A DNA stretch of 64,000 nt from a virus, in the IMG/VR virus record IMGVR_UViG_3300034069_000411; one strand, given 5' to 3'. The position numbers and the translations under genes were made by a program. Positions 53,147 to 61,754 of the stretch are shown piece by piece (the stretch's first letter is position 1; each line of letters begins with the position of its first letter). The notes beneath the pieces are model-generated. The model was not told the DNA's origin. It was given only the letters and a program-made list of their open reading frames with translations, and did no database searches.

Positions 53147-53147
53147 A

Positions 53148-53342
53148 TCATGCCGCCAACCTGGCTGCGATGCGATCGAGCGCCTCGGTCAACGCCCGGA
53201 TCGTGGACACCCGCGGGTTCCAGTCAGGATCTTCTAGGCCGGACAGGGTCTCGGCCCTGATCTTGGCCTCGGCCGCGAGGGCGGACTTCTTGAGGCCGTC
53301 TGTCGTGACGGCCCGGCGGATGCGGGCGATGGCTTCGTTCAT
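53148..53342 (-). CDS. small HTH regulator, Cro-like by position (64 aa)
   Basis: First gene of the leftward arm. LKKSALAAEAKIRAETLSGL is HTH-like. Confidence 0.5.
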   Translation of the reverse strand: MNEAIARIRRAVTTDGLKKSALAAEAKIRAETLSGLEDPDWNPRVSTIRALTEALDRIAARLAA

Positions 53343-53475
53343 AGCCCGCCACTAAGCGCAATATTTCTTTGCCGCAATAGGGTTCTAAACTACGGATACC
53401 GCTTGCCACCACGGCAGCGAGGCGACTAATCGGGGCGCAGGAGTCGGACACCGACCCACCCACCACGGAGGCATC
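53343..53475. promoter_or_regulatory. divergent early control region
   Basis: 133-bp gap between divergent first genes. AT-rich. GCAATA direct repeat. Leftward TTGCGG-N17-TTAGTG. Rightward CTTGCC...CTAATC with palindrome TGCC-N5-GGCA. Confidence 0.5.
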
Positions 53476-53787
53476 ATGCCGGAACGCAAAGCACAGACGC
53501 AGGCCCTGCCCGGGGACCTCGTACAGATCACCGCACCGGGCCACACCTTTCGCGCCGCTGTCGCGATGGTGACCGAGACCCACAACTGGGGCATCGGTGC
53601 CAACATTCTTGCAATCGTCGACGGCCAGACCGCGGAGGCGTATCAGCGTCTCCGCTTCGGCCGCGGCAGCCGGCCTGACGAGTTTGTGATCGTCGGTGCC
53701 GCGCAGCTGATGCCCCCCGAGGTCTACAAGGCCCGCGCCGCCGCGATCGAGACGGCGCGGCTGGCCGCCAAGGATGCTGCGCAGTGA
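53476..53787 (+). CDS. hypothetical protein (103 aa)
   Basis: First rightward gene. Leader CCCACCACGGAGGC. Confidence 0.5.
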   Translation: MPERKAQTQALPGDLVQITAPGHTFRAAVAMVTETHNWGIGANILAIVDGQTAEAYQRLRFGRGSRPDEFVIVGAAQLMPPEVYKARAAAIETARLAAKDAAQ

Positions 53788-54005
53788 GCGCGGCCCGCAG
53801 CTACAGCGACTTCGTGCCGAACCGCTTTCGCGACGAGAAGCCCCCGGTCCTGACGCCGGACCCCGGCACGGTCATCATCACATCGAGCGGCGCTTTCGTC
53901 GTCGGGCTGGACGGCAAACACCGCCCCCGCGCGCGCGCCGCCGTCAACAATTCGGGGCCTGTCGCCCCGGAGAAGCGGAGGAAGAAATGGGTATTTTTCG
54001 GATGA
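53784..54005 (+). CDS. hypothetical protein (73 aa)
   Basis: GTGA/ATGA-type coupling. Confidence 0.45.
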   Translation: MSAARSYSDFVPNRFRDEKPPVLTPDPGTVIITSSGAFVVGLDGKHRPRARAAVNNSGPVAPEKRRKKWVFFG

Positions 54006-54277
54006 CTATCGCGGGCCGTAAGGCTCCGTTGCTGGTCAAGGGTGCCGGCATGCGCGAGGCGAAGGACCGCATCATCACGGCCTGCGACCCGCTGAACGCC
54101 GACGAGATGGAGACGGCGCTGACGAACGGCGAGACGGTCTGGCGGGAAGGTGACGACTTCCCGGCCGATGAGGGCCAGCTGTCGATCGTCGGTGATCAGC
54201 TGCTGCTCGACGGCAAACCGCACCCCGGCGTGAAGTCGATCGTGTTCGTCGCGGCCGACGAGGCAGATCAGGACTAA
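53987..54277 (+). CDS. hypothetical protein (96 aa)
   Basis: ATG after the GGAGGAAG SD. An alternative ATGA-coupled start exists at 54002. Confidence 0.5.
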   Translation: MGIFRMTIAGRKAPLLVKGAGMREAKDRIITACDPLNADEMETALTNGETVWREGDDFPADEGQLSIVGDQLLLDGKPHPGVKSIVFVAADEADQD

Positions 54278-54284
54278 AACTACC

Positions 54285-54305
54285 GGGCCGGCACCCCGCC
54301 GGCCC
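54285..54305 (+). terminator. GC hairpin
   Basis: GGGCCGGC-ACCCC-GCCGGCCC after stop 54277. No T-tract. Confidence 0.4.
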
Positions 54306-54326
54306 GCCCCACCACAGGAGCGGAAC

Positions 54327-55757
54327 ATGCGCGTCAACGGCCTCATGGTTGAGAATTACAAACGGATTAAGCTGGTCGACATCACGCCCGAGGGCGGGAT
54401 CGTCACGATCGGCGGCAAGAACGAGCAGGGCAAGAGCAGCCTGCTCGACGCGATGTACACCGCGATCAAGGGCCGCAGCGCCAACGCCCCGGTGCCGGTG
54501 CGCGCCGGTGAGGAGAAGGCGACCATCCGCCTCGACCTCGGGGAACTGATCATCACGCGCACGTTCACGGTCAAGGAGGGCAAGCCGTACACCGACACGT
54601 TGAAGGTCGAGCGCGCCAACGGTGACCGGCCCGGCAACCCCCAGGCCATTCTCGACGCGTTGCTCGGCGAGATCGGTTTCGACCCGTTCGAATGGGCCCA
54701 GAAGAAGCCGAAGGATCAGGTGGCGCGGATCCTCGAAATGGTACCGCTGACGGTCGACCTCGACGAACTCGCCGAGCAGGACATCAGCGACATCGCGAAC
54801 CGCCGCGACGTGAACCGCGAGATCACGGCGCTGCAGGGGCAGCTGCAGGGCATCCCCAAGGAGGATGTCCCCGCCGACGCGCCTGACCGTGACGCCCTCA
54901 CCCAGCGGCTCGCATCGGCGTCGGAAACGAACACCGCGATCGCGACCGAGGCTGCGGCGCGCGATGCGCGGCGCGCGCGGATCGACGGCGCGATCACCAC
55001 GCGCGACGAGCGGCGGGCACAGGCCGAGGCCCTGCGTGAGCAGGCCGCTCTGCTGGACACCGTGGCTGACGAACTGAACACGAAGATCGTCACCGCCGAG
55101 GCGGAACTGACCGCTCTTCCCGCGCTCGACACGCCGGTCGAGGTCGCCGCGATCCAGACCGAGTTGCGCAACGCCGACACCGTACTGGCGGCGATCGAGC
55201 GTCAGGCGCGCCGCGGCCGGGTCGAGGCGGATCTCGCCGCTAAGGAGGCCGAGTCAAAGGCCTTCACCGACGCTATCGCTGCCCGCGCGAAGAAGCGCAC
55301 CGACGCGCTGGTCAAGGCCCCGATGCCGATTGAGGGCCTCGGGATCAGCATCAACGACAAGGGCGAGCCGTTCCTGACGTGGCATGGCCTGCCGTTCGAC
55401 AAGGATCAGATCAGCACGGCGGTCAAACTCAAGGTCAGCACCGCGATCGGCATGGCGGCCAACCCCACCCTGCGCGTCCTGTCGATCAAGGACGGGTCGC
55501 TGCTCGACGAGGACTCGATGGCGATGCTGGCCGAGATGGCCGACACAGAGGACTTCCAGCTGTTCGTCGAGGTGGTCGGTACCGGCGGCGTCGGCATCAT
55601 CATGGAAGACGGGTCGGTTCGGGGCACAGAGGCCTCCCCTGACGCCAAGGCCCAGACGGGCGCGGACGAGGGGCAGGGCGCTGACAAGGCTCCTGTGGCG
55701 AAACCGACTAAGTCGAAGAAGGCAGCCGCGCCCAAGACCGAGGGCGGCCTGCTGTGA
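54327..55757 (+). CDS. SMC/RecF/SbcC-like AAA ATPase (476 aa)
   Basis: N-terminal Walker A GGKNEQGKSS, long central coiled coil, C-terminal ATPase half. Confidence 0.7.
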   Translation: MRVNGLMVENYKRIKLVDITPEGGIVTIGGKNEQGKSSLLDAMYTAIKGRSANAPVPVRAGEEKATIRLDLGELIITRTFTVKEGKPYTDTLKVERANGDRPGNPQAILDALLGEIGFDPFEWAQKKPKDQVARILEMVPLTVDLDELAEQDISDIANRRDVNREITALQGQLQGIPKEDVPADAPDRDALTQRLASASETNTAIATEAAARDARRARIDGAITTRDERRAQAEALREQAALLDTVADELNTKIVTAEAELTALPALDTPVEVAAIQTELRNADTVLAAIERQARRGRVEADLAAKEAESKAFTDAIAARAKKRTDALVKAPMPIEGLGISINDKGEPFLTWHGLPFDKDQISTAVKLKVSTAIGMAANPTLRVLSIKDGSLLDEDSMAMLAEMADTEDFQLFVEVVGTGGVGIIMEDGSVRGTEASPDAKAQTGADEGQGADKAPVAKPTKSKKAAAPKTEGGLL

Positions 55758-56053
55758 GCGACGAGGCGAACGATCAGGCATTGCGCGACGGGTTGGAGCC
55801 CGTCGCGCTCGCGTGCCACCTCTACACCGGCGACCCCCTGTTTGCCGCCAGCATGGCGGTGAGCGCGAAACGTCAGGCCGACGCGCTGGAGCAGATTGCC
55901 GGGGTGCTGCAGGGGTTCGGCGATCACCCCGACAACGCCAACAGCTACGGCGAGACCGGCATGCGGGCGGTGCAGGGCACGCTGGAGCGCACCGCGAGCA
56001 GCATCGTCAACGAGGTGAGCTTGGCGCTCCACCACATGAGAGGCAACCGATGA
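55754..56053 (+). CDS. hypothetical protein (99 aa)
   Basis: GTGA-coupled between the ATPase and nuclease genes. Confidence 0.5.
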   Translation: MSDEANDQALRDGLEPVALACHLYTGDPLFAASMAVSAKRQADALEQIAGVLQGFGDHPDNANSYGETGMRAVQGTLERTASSIVNEVSLALHHMRGNR

Positions 56054-57792
56054 CGAAGAAGGATTACGAGGACGCGATCAGCAGGGAGGTCGAGCAGTGG
56101 CCCGGCGTCCAGGTCGAGTTCGTGACCGGGGGCAAGCACCCCAAGGCGAAGCTGACCTACACCCCCTCGGAGGAGGGCGCGGATCCTCTGCAGATGTCGC
56201 GCCCCTACGCCGGCACACCGAGCGACGCGGCCCGCGGTGTCCACCAGACGCTTAGCGATATGCGCAAGGTGATGAAGCAGCTGGGCGCGACGCGCGCCAA
56301 GCCCGCCCCCTCACAGGAAGAGGACGAGGCCCCGTACCGCAAGCCGAACGAGGGCCGCGCCAAGCGCCCGGACCCGGTCAAGGCCGGCCCGACCCCGGAG
56401 CAGCCGAACGTCATCGACCAGCTGCTGGCGGCCGGTGCCGTCACCCAGAAGCAGGTCGACAACGTCGTGATCACGGAGGACCCCAGCCTGATTACCCAGT
56501 TGGCGCTAGAGGGCGATCGGGCGGTGGTTAAGACGCTCGAATCCACGATCGACGAAAGCCGGGCAAAGGCGCGGCGGATCCTTGCCGACAAACCGCTGCC
56601 GGCGAGCCGCGAGATCAAGGACGTCGTGCTGGCCGAGGCCATGGCGCGGGTCGAGGCGATCGTCGACGGGGTCTATTTTGACCTGCCCGACGAGATCTAT
56701 CACGCCGTGCCCCGCCTGTCGGCGTCAGGGGTGCAGAAGATCTGCGCCAGCCCGGCTACGTTCTGGCGCGGTAGCTGGCTCGATCCGGAGCGGCCCCCGC
56801 TCGACGAGGAGCAGACCCTCGCGCAGCTGCTCGGCAAAGCCTATCACAAGGCCCGGCTCGAGCCCGATCTGTTCCTGTCGACCTATGTCCGCAAACTCGA
56901 CAAGACCGAGTTTCCCGACGCCCTGTTTACCGCTGATCACATGAAGGCGGTTTGCGAGGACATCGGCCTGTCGAAGACGGGAACCAAGGACGTCCTCGCC
57001 GACCGGCTCGTTGATCACGGCTACACCGATCGCCCGATCTGGACGGTGCTTGAGCGCGCATGGGAGGAGGAGCGCGGCGGGCGCATCCCCCTGGACGCCA
57101 AGCACTTCGATCAGATGGCGACCGACATGGGCCGGATCCGCCAGAACGGCGAGGTCGCGGCTCTACTCGTCGACGGGTTCGCCGAGGTCTCGATCTTCTA
57201 TACGGATCAGTACGGGATCAAGATGAAGTCGCGCGTCGATTATCTCGCGCTGACCCATTGGGCCGATTTTAAGACCTTCGAGAATAGCCGCCAGAAGGAA
57301 CTCGACACCGCGCTGGCCGACGCCATGCGGTACAACCGGTATTACATTCAAGCCGCGGTCTACCGGGAGGCTGTCGAGGCTGTACGGGTCGGCGGGCTTG
57401 ACGTCATTGGCAACGCTACCGACGCCCAGCGCGAGTTCATCACCAAGCTACGCCTGAGCCAGAGCGAATTGGAGTGCCACTACGTCTTTCAGGAGAAGGG
57501 CGGCGTACCTAACCTGCTCGCCTACGAGTACCCGTTCTACATGGTCCCCTACTCGACCATTTTCCATGAGGCGATCACCGAGGACGCCGAGCGCAAGGAG
57601 GCGATGCGCGAACTGACGCGCAACCGGACCCGGCTGTTCATGAAGGCGCAGCACGACGTGATCGAGGCGAAGAAGCTGTTCGTCCTCTATAGTCAGGTCT
57701 ACCCGGCCGGCACGCCGTGGTTCCCGCTCAAGGCCCGCCGTACCTTCAATGACGAGATGTTCTCGGCCTTCTGGCTGGAGACGTTTTCGTGA
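56050..57792 (+). CDS. PD-(D/E)XK exonuclease (RecE/RecB-like) with SAP motif (580 aa)
   Basis: Start refined to the ATGA overlap. SRVDYL...ADFKTF...QAAVY core. SAP-like MKAVCEDIGLSKTGTKDVLADRLVDHG. Confidence 0.7.
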   Translation: MTKKDYEDAISREVEQWPGVQVEFVTGGKHPKAKLTYTPSEEGADPLQMSRPYAGTPSDAARGVHQTLSDMRKVMKQLGATRAKPAPSQEEDEAPYRKPNEGRAKRPDPVKAGPTPEQPNVIDQLLAAGAVTQKQVDNVVITEDPSLITQLALEGDRAVVKTLESTIDESRAKARRILADKPLPASREIKDVVLAEAMARVEAIVDGVYFDLPDEIYHAVPRLSASGVQKICASPATFWRGSWLDPERPPLDEEQTLAQLLGKAYHKARLEPDLFLSTYVRKLDKTEFPDALFTADHMKAVCEDIGLSKTGTKDVLADRLVDHGYTDRPIWTVLERAWEEERGGRIPLDAKHFDQMATDMGRIRQNGEVAALLVDGFAEVSIFYTDQYGIKMKSRVDYLALTHWADFKTFENSRQKELDTALADAMRYNRYYIQAAVYREAVEAVRVGGLDVIGNATDAQREFITKLRLSQSELECHYVFQEKGGVPNLLAYEYPFYMVPYSTIFHEAITEDAERKEAMRELTRNRTRLFMKAQHDVIEAKKLFVLYSQVYPAGTPWFPLKARRTFNDEMFSAFWLETFS

Positions 57793-58502
57793 TCCGCGTG
57801 ATAGATTTTGAGGCGACCACCGGTGACGAGGGGGGCCGGGTGATCGAGGCCGGCTGGTGTGACCTCGCTCTCGATCCGGTGAGCCGCCGCTGGGTGATAG
57901 GCGCGAGCGGTGGGTACCTATGTGGGATCCCCGACGACGCACCTATGCCGGCTGACGCCCGGGCGGTGCATCACATCCGCCGGTCCGAACTGACGGGCAT
58001 CCCGCGCTTCGATCCTCGGCTGATGTACGAGGACGCGATGCAGGCCGGCGCGGTGTGCCTCGCGGCGCAGGGGGCTGACTTCGAGGCAAAGTTCATCATG
58101 GGCTCCCTGCCCCTGATCTGTACGTACAAGGCGGCCCTGCGGGTCTGGCCTGACGCGGTATCGCACAAGAACTTCGGCCTCCTCTACATGCTTGAGGACG
58201 CCGGGGTAGAGTTCGACCAGGACAGGGCATGGCCGCCGCACCGCGCCGAGGCCGACGCCTACGCCACCGCCGTCATCCTGCGGGAGATCATGGCGTCCGG
58301 GGTGACCGGGGCGGAACTGTTCGAATGGACCCGGATGCCGGCGATGCTGGCTCGGTGCCCGATAGGCAAGTACCGCGGCCAGAAGTGGGATCAGATCGAC
58401 AGCGGTTTTCTGACGTGGATCCTGCGCACCATCACCGACCGCGAGGACCTCCGGTACTGCGCGGCCCTAGAACTCGATCGTAGAGAGGACATCGAAGAAT
58501 GA
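57789..58502 (+). CDS. DnaQ-like 3'-5' exonuclease (ExoX-like) with DUF3820-like C-terminus (237 aa)
   Basis: VIDFEAT (Exo I), GADFEAKF (Exo II), HRAEADAYA (Exo III). C-terminal CPIGKYRGQKWDQI. Confidence 0.75.
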   Translation: MIRVIDFEATTGDEGGRVIEAGWCDLALDPVSRRWVIGASGGYLCGIPDDAPMPADARAVHHIRRSELTGIPRFDPRLMYEDAMQAGAVCLAAQGADFEAKFIMGSLPLICTYKAALRVWPDAVSHKNFGLLYMLEDAGVEFDQDRAWPPHRAEADAYATAVILREIMASGVTGAELFEWTRMPAMLARCPIGKYRGQKWDQIDSGFLTWILRTITDREDLRYCAALELDRREDIEE

Positions 58503-59533
58503 ACGACAAGACCGACATCGCTTTGACAGGGGGGCAGGGCATCGCCCCGGCTAATCTCGCCGCCTTCAACGCGACAACAATGATGCAGATGGTCGAGCGC
58601 CTCGCGCTGGACGAACGGGTCGACGCCGGCAAGTTGGAGACCGTCATGCGCGTCGCCAACCAGCAGCAGGATCGCGAGCGCGAGATCCAGTTCTATCAGG
58701 ACAAGAACCGCGCCGTCCGCGGCATGCCTCTGATCCGCAAAGACGGCCGAATCGTCATTCTCGACAAGGCCAACCCGGATGACATGAGCAAGGCGCGAAC
58801 GCAGGGGCATTTCGAGAAGTGGTCCGATGTTCAAGCCGCGATCACCCCGGTCCTCGACGCGAACTATCTGACGCTGACGCACAAGATCGACCACGCCGAC
58901 GGGCAAACGATCGTCATCGCGGTCCTGACGCATGACAACGGGTACCGTGAGGAAAGCGGCCCGATGCGGCTGCCGCTCGACACCAGCGGCGGCAAGAACA
59001 ATGTCCAGGGCGCGGGGTCGAGCCAGACCTACGGCATGCGCTACACCGCCCGCGCTATCTGCGGTCTCAAGCTGATCGGCGGCCAGCAGGATGACGACGG
59101 CAACCTGACGGCGATGTCCGACGAACCGCTGAACGATCAGCAGGCGCGGCGGCTGGAGGAGGCCCAGCGTGCCTATGACCGCGGCCCGGAGGCCTACATG
59201 ACATGGTTCGGCGGCATACCCGCTATCGATCGAGCGTGGATGATTCAGTCGGGACGGCACGCCGGATTTGGCGGTGGCGCGGCGCTGCCGGGCGCGGCAT
59301 CCGCCGGGGCAGGAACGGCGGGCGCGGACGCGCCGAAGCGTACCGCCCGCGGATGGACCGAGGATTACGAGCGGCTCTGCGCCGCGGCGGGATCGACCGA
59401 CGAACTGCTGACAATTCAGACTGACGCGGCCGACGACATCGAGCGGCTCAAGAAGGCCAACCCCGCGCTTCATCAGCGCGCAATCAAAGCCGGGAGTGAC
59501 GCCTATGCCCGCCTGACCGGAGGTGATCTGTAA
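58499..59533 (+). CDS. ERF-family single-strand annealing protein (344 aa)
   Basis: [21 protein letters not shown]...QQDDDG resembles the ERF core. Lies between the exonuclease and ssb genes. Confidence 0.6.
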   Translation: MNDKTDIALTGGQGIAPANLAAFNATTMMQMVERLALDERVDAGKLETVMRVANQQQDREREIQFYQDKNRAVRGMPLIRKDGRIVILDKANPDDMSKARTQGHFEKWSDVQAAITPVLDANYLTLTHKIDHADGQTIVIAVLTHDNGYREESGPMRLPLDTSGGKNNVQGAGSSQTYGMRYTARAICGLKLIGGQQDDDGNLTAMSDEPLNDQQARRLEEAQRAYDRGPEAYMTWFGGIPAIDRAWMIQSGRHAGFGGGAALPGAASAGAGTAGADAPKRTARGWTEDYERLCAAAGSTDELLTIQTDAADDIERLKKANPALHQRAIKAGSDAYARLTGGDL

Positions 59534-60135
59534 TGGCCGGCTCCCTGAACAAGATGTGCCTGCTCGGCATGCTGGGTCGTGACCCCGAGGTGAAGAACTT
59601 CCAGAACGGCGGCAAGGTGGTCAACCTCCGTATCGCGACTTCGGAATCGTGGAAGGACCGCCAGTCGGGTGAGCGGAAAGAAAAGACCGAGTGGCACAGC
59701 GTCGCGATCTTCGCCGGGAGCAACGGTGACGGCCTCGCCGGCATCGCTGAGAAGTATCTGCGCAAGGGTTCGCAGGTCTACATCGAGGGCAAGCTACAGA
59801 CCCGAAAGTGGCAGGATAGCGCCGGTGCCGACCGGTATTCGACCGAGATCGTCCTGCAGGGTTTCGGCGCGGTGCTGACAATGATCGGCAAGGCCCCCGG
59901 CGGCGACAGCGGCGGGTCGCGCGACAGCGGCGGCGGTGATGACTGGGGCGGCAATGACAGCCGGGGTCGGTCGAACAGCAGTAGCGGCGGTGGCGGCGGC
60001 AACTTCAACGGCGGTGCCGGGCGCACCGGCGGGTTCGGCGGGGGCTTCTCTGATGACCTCGACGACGACGTCCCGTTCGCATCGTGCGACCCGGCCCATG
60101 ATACCCCACGGTCGCACCGGCCGCGGATCATTTAA
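59533..60135 (+). CDS. ssb: single-stranded DNA-binding protein with extension beyond the acidic tip (200 aa)
   Basis: OB-fold N-terminus ([15 protein letters not shown]...TEWH...KWQD), Gly-rich linker, DDLDDDVPF followed by 18 extra residues. Confidence 0.9.
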   Translation: MAGSLNKMCLLGMLGRDPEVKNFQNGGKVVNLRIATSESWKDRQSGERKEKTEWHSVAIFAGSNGDGLAGIAEKYLRKGSQVYIEGKLQTRKWQDSAGADRYSTEIVLQGFGAVLTMIGKAPGGDSGGSRDSGGGDDWGGNDSRGRSNSSSGGGGGNFNGGAGRTGGFGGGFSDDLDDDVPFASCDPAHDTPRSHRPRII

Positions 60136-60137
60136 CC

Positions 60138-60155
60138 GGGCGGCTTCGGCCGCCC
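60138..60155 (+). terminator. hairpin after ssb
   Basis: GGGCGGC-TTCG-GCCGCCC followed by CCTTCCATTTG. Confidence 0.45.
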
Positions 60156-60177
60156 CCTTCCATTTGATGAGGACACG

Positions 60178-61107
60178 ATGGACAATTTTCCCGAACCTGT
60201 ACTCGCCCTGTTACGGCGAGAGGGCACCGGCATCAGCTGGACCCACCTGACCTTCAACCCGTGGATCGGGTGCCAGAAGGTCAGCCCGGCGTGCGCGGGA
60301 TGCTACGCCGAGATCGTCGCAAAGAACCGGCTGAACGTCGCGTGGGGCCCCGGCGCTGAACGCCGCCGTACCAAGCCGGCGACGTGGGCGAAGGTCCGAC
60401 GCTGGCAGCGCGTAGCGGCGGCCTCCGGGGTCACCCTGCGCGTCTTCTGCGCCAGCCTCGCCGACTGGGCCGACAACGCGGTCGACGATGCGTGGCGGGC
60501 TGACCTCGCCGCCGAGATAACGGCCACCCCCAACCTCCAGTGGCTGATGCTGACGAAGCGCATCGGAATTGCCCGGCGCGCGCTGGAGCGGATGTTTCCC
60601 GACGGGGTGCCGGCCAACGTCGCACTGGGCGTGACGATCGCCAACCAGGAGGAGGCGGACCGTGACATGCCGAAGGCTCTGTCGGTCAAGGCCGGGCTCG
60701 GTATCCGCCGCCTGTTCCTATCATGCGAGCCACTGCTGGGGCCGCTCGATCTGACGAAGTGGCTGGCGGTGCCCGGCGCGATCGACCTCGTCATTGCTGG
60801 CGGCGAGAGCGGTACAGAGGCTCGGCCGATGCACCCGGACTGGCCGTGGATCGTCCAGGGCGATTGCGAGGACGCCGGGGTGCCGTTTCACTTCAAGCAA
60901 TGGGGGGAGTGGAAGCCTTGGGCTCCGAGCGACCGGGGCCGGGTCAGGCACGTCAGCCTGCGCGACGGGGCCTCGGGCGACGAGCCCGGCCGCATTGACG
61001 GCGAGCGCAACCTTCGCGCCGACACGCGCCCGGTGAGCCGGGCTGGAACAGTAACTGCAGGCCGCACACTGCGCGGCAAAGAGCATCAGGAGCAGATCGC
61101 ATGCTGA
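60178..61107 (+). CDS. phage Gp37/Gp68 (DUF5131) family protein (309 aa)
   Basis: ISWTHLTFNPWIGCQKVSPACAGCYAE and GGESG..ARPMHPDW, FHFKQWGEW motifs. Confidence 0.75.
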   Translation: MDNFPEPVLALLRREGTGISWTHLTFNPWIGCQKVSPACAGCYAEIVAKNRLNVAWGPGAERRRTKPATWAKVRRWQRVAAASGVTLRVFCASLADWADNAVDDAWRADLAAEITATPNLQWLMLTKRIGIARRALERMFPDGVPANVALGVTIANQEEADRDMPKALSVKAGLGIRRLFLSCEPLLGPLDLTKWLAVPGAIDLVIAGGESGTEARPMHPDWPWIVQGDCEDAGVPFHFKQWGEWKPWAPSDRGRVRHVSLRDGASGDEPGRIDGERNLRADTRPVSRAGTVTAGRTLRGKEHQEQIAC

Positions 61108-61754
61108 ACGACACCATTAACGCCGCTGAGGCGGCGAAGCATATCTACGGCTCCACCATCGGCCTCGGCGACGGCAGCTATTTCGACTATCTCGACCCGG
61201 CCTCGACCGGGATGACGATGGAGGATTACGCCTACGCTCTGGCCTATACCTGCCGGTTCCGGGGCCAGACCTGGTCGAACGGCCGGCGGGTGTTCTACGG
61301 CGTCGGCCAGCACTGCGTCATCGGTACCGAGCGGATGCTTGTCGACGGGCACAGCGTGCGCGATGCGCTGGCCTTCCTGATGCATGAGAGCGACGAGGTG
61401 CCGTGGGGTGACTTCGCGAGCCCGGCGAAGCCGCTGATGCCTGCCGAGTTCCGCGCCCTGATCAAGTCGAACGGCAAGGCGATCGACCTGCACTTCGGCA
61501 TCGTCACGCCCGACCCTGACCTGATCAAGCGGTATGACATCCGCCTGTTCGCTACGGAGAAACGGGATCTGATGCCCCAGTTCAGCCGCCAGACTTGGAC
61601 GAAGGATCAGATCAGCACCGCCGCTGCCGAGGGGTACGAGCCGTTCGATTCCGTCATTACGCCGGCCGCGCACCCGGACGAGGCCGCGGAGCGGTTCCTG
61701 ATGCTCTATTCCGTCCTCACCGATCGCCTCGCACGCGAAGGCGCAGCCGCATGA
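61101..61754 (+). CDS. HD-superfamily hydrolase-like protein (217 aa)
   Basis: EDYAYALAYTCRFRG, VGQHCV, FLMHESDEVPWGD resemble phage HD/YfbR-like proteins, with HE in place of HD. Confidence 0.5.
   Translation: MLNDTINAAEAAKHIYGSTIGLGDGSYFDYLDPASTGMTMEDYAYALAYTCRFRGQTWSNGRRVFYGVGQHCVIGTERMLVDGHSVRDALAFLMHESDEVPWGDFASPAKPLMPAEFRALIKSNGKAIDLHFGIVTPDPDLIKRYDIRLFATEKRDLMPQFSRQTWTKDQISTAAAEGYEPFDSVITPAAHPDEAAERFLMLYSVLTDRLAREGAAA

Noticed and set aside
55384-56049. The 5' part of track ORF 55384..57792 (802 aa), which would extend the nuclease gene by 222 codons.
   Set aside because: The extension overlaps the ATPase gene and gene 55754..56053 in other frames and is Arg/Pro-rich nonsense. An ATG in an ATGA overlap at 56050 gives a sensible start (MTKKDYEDAI).
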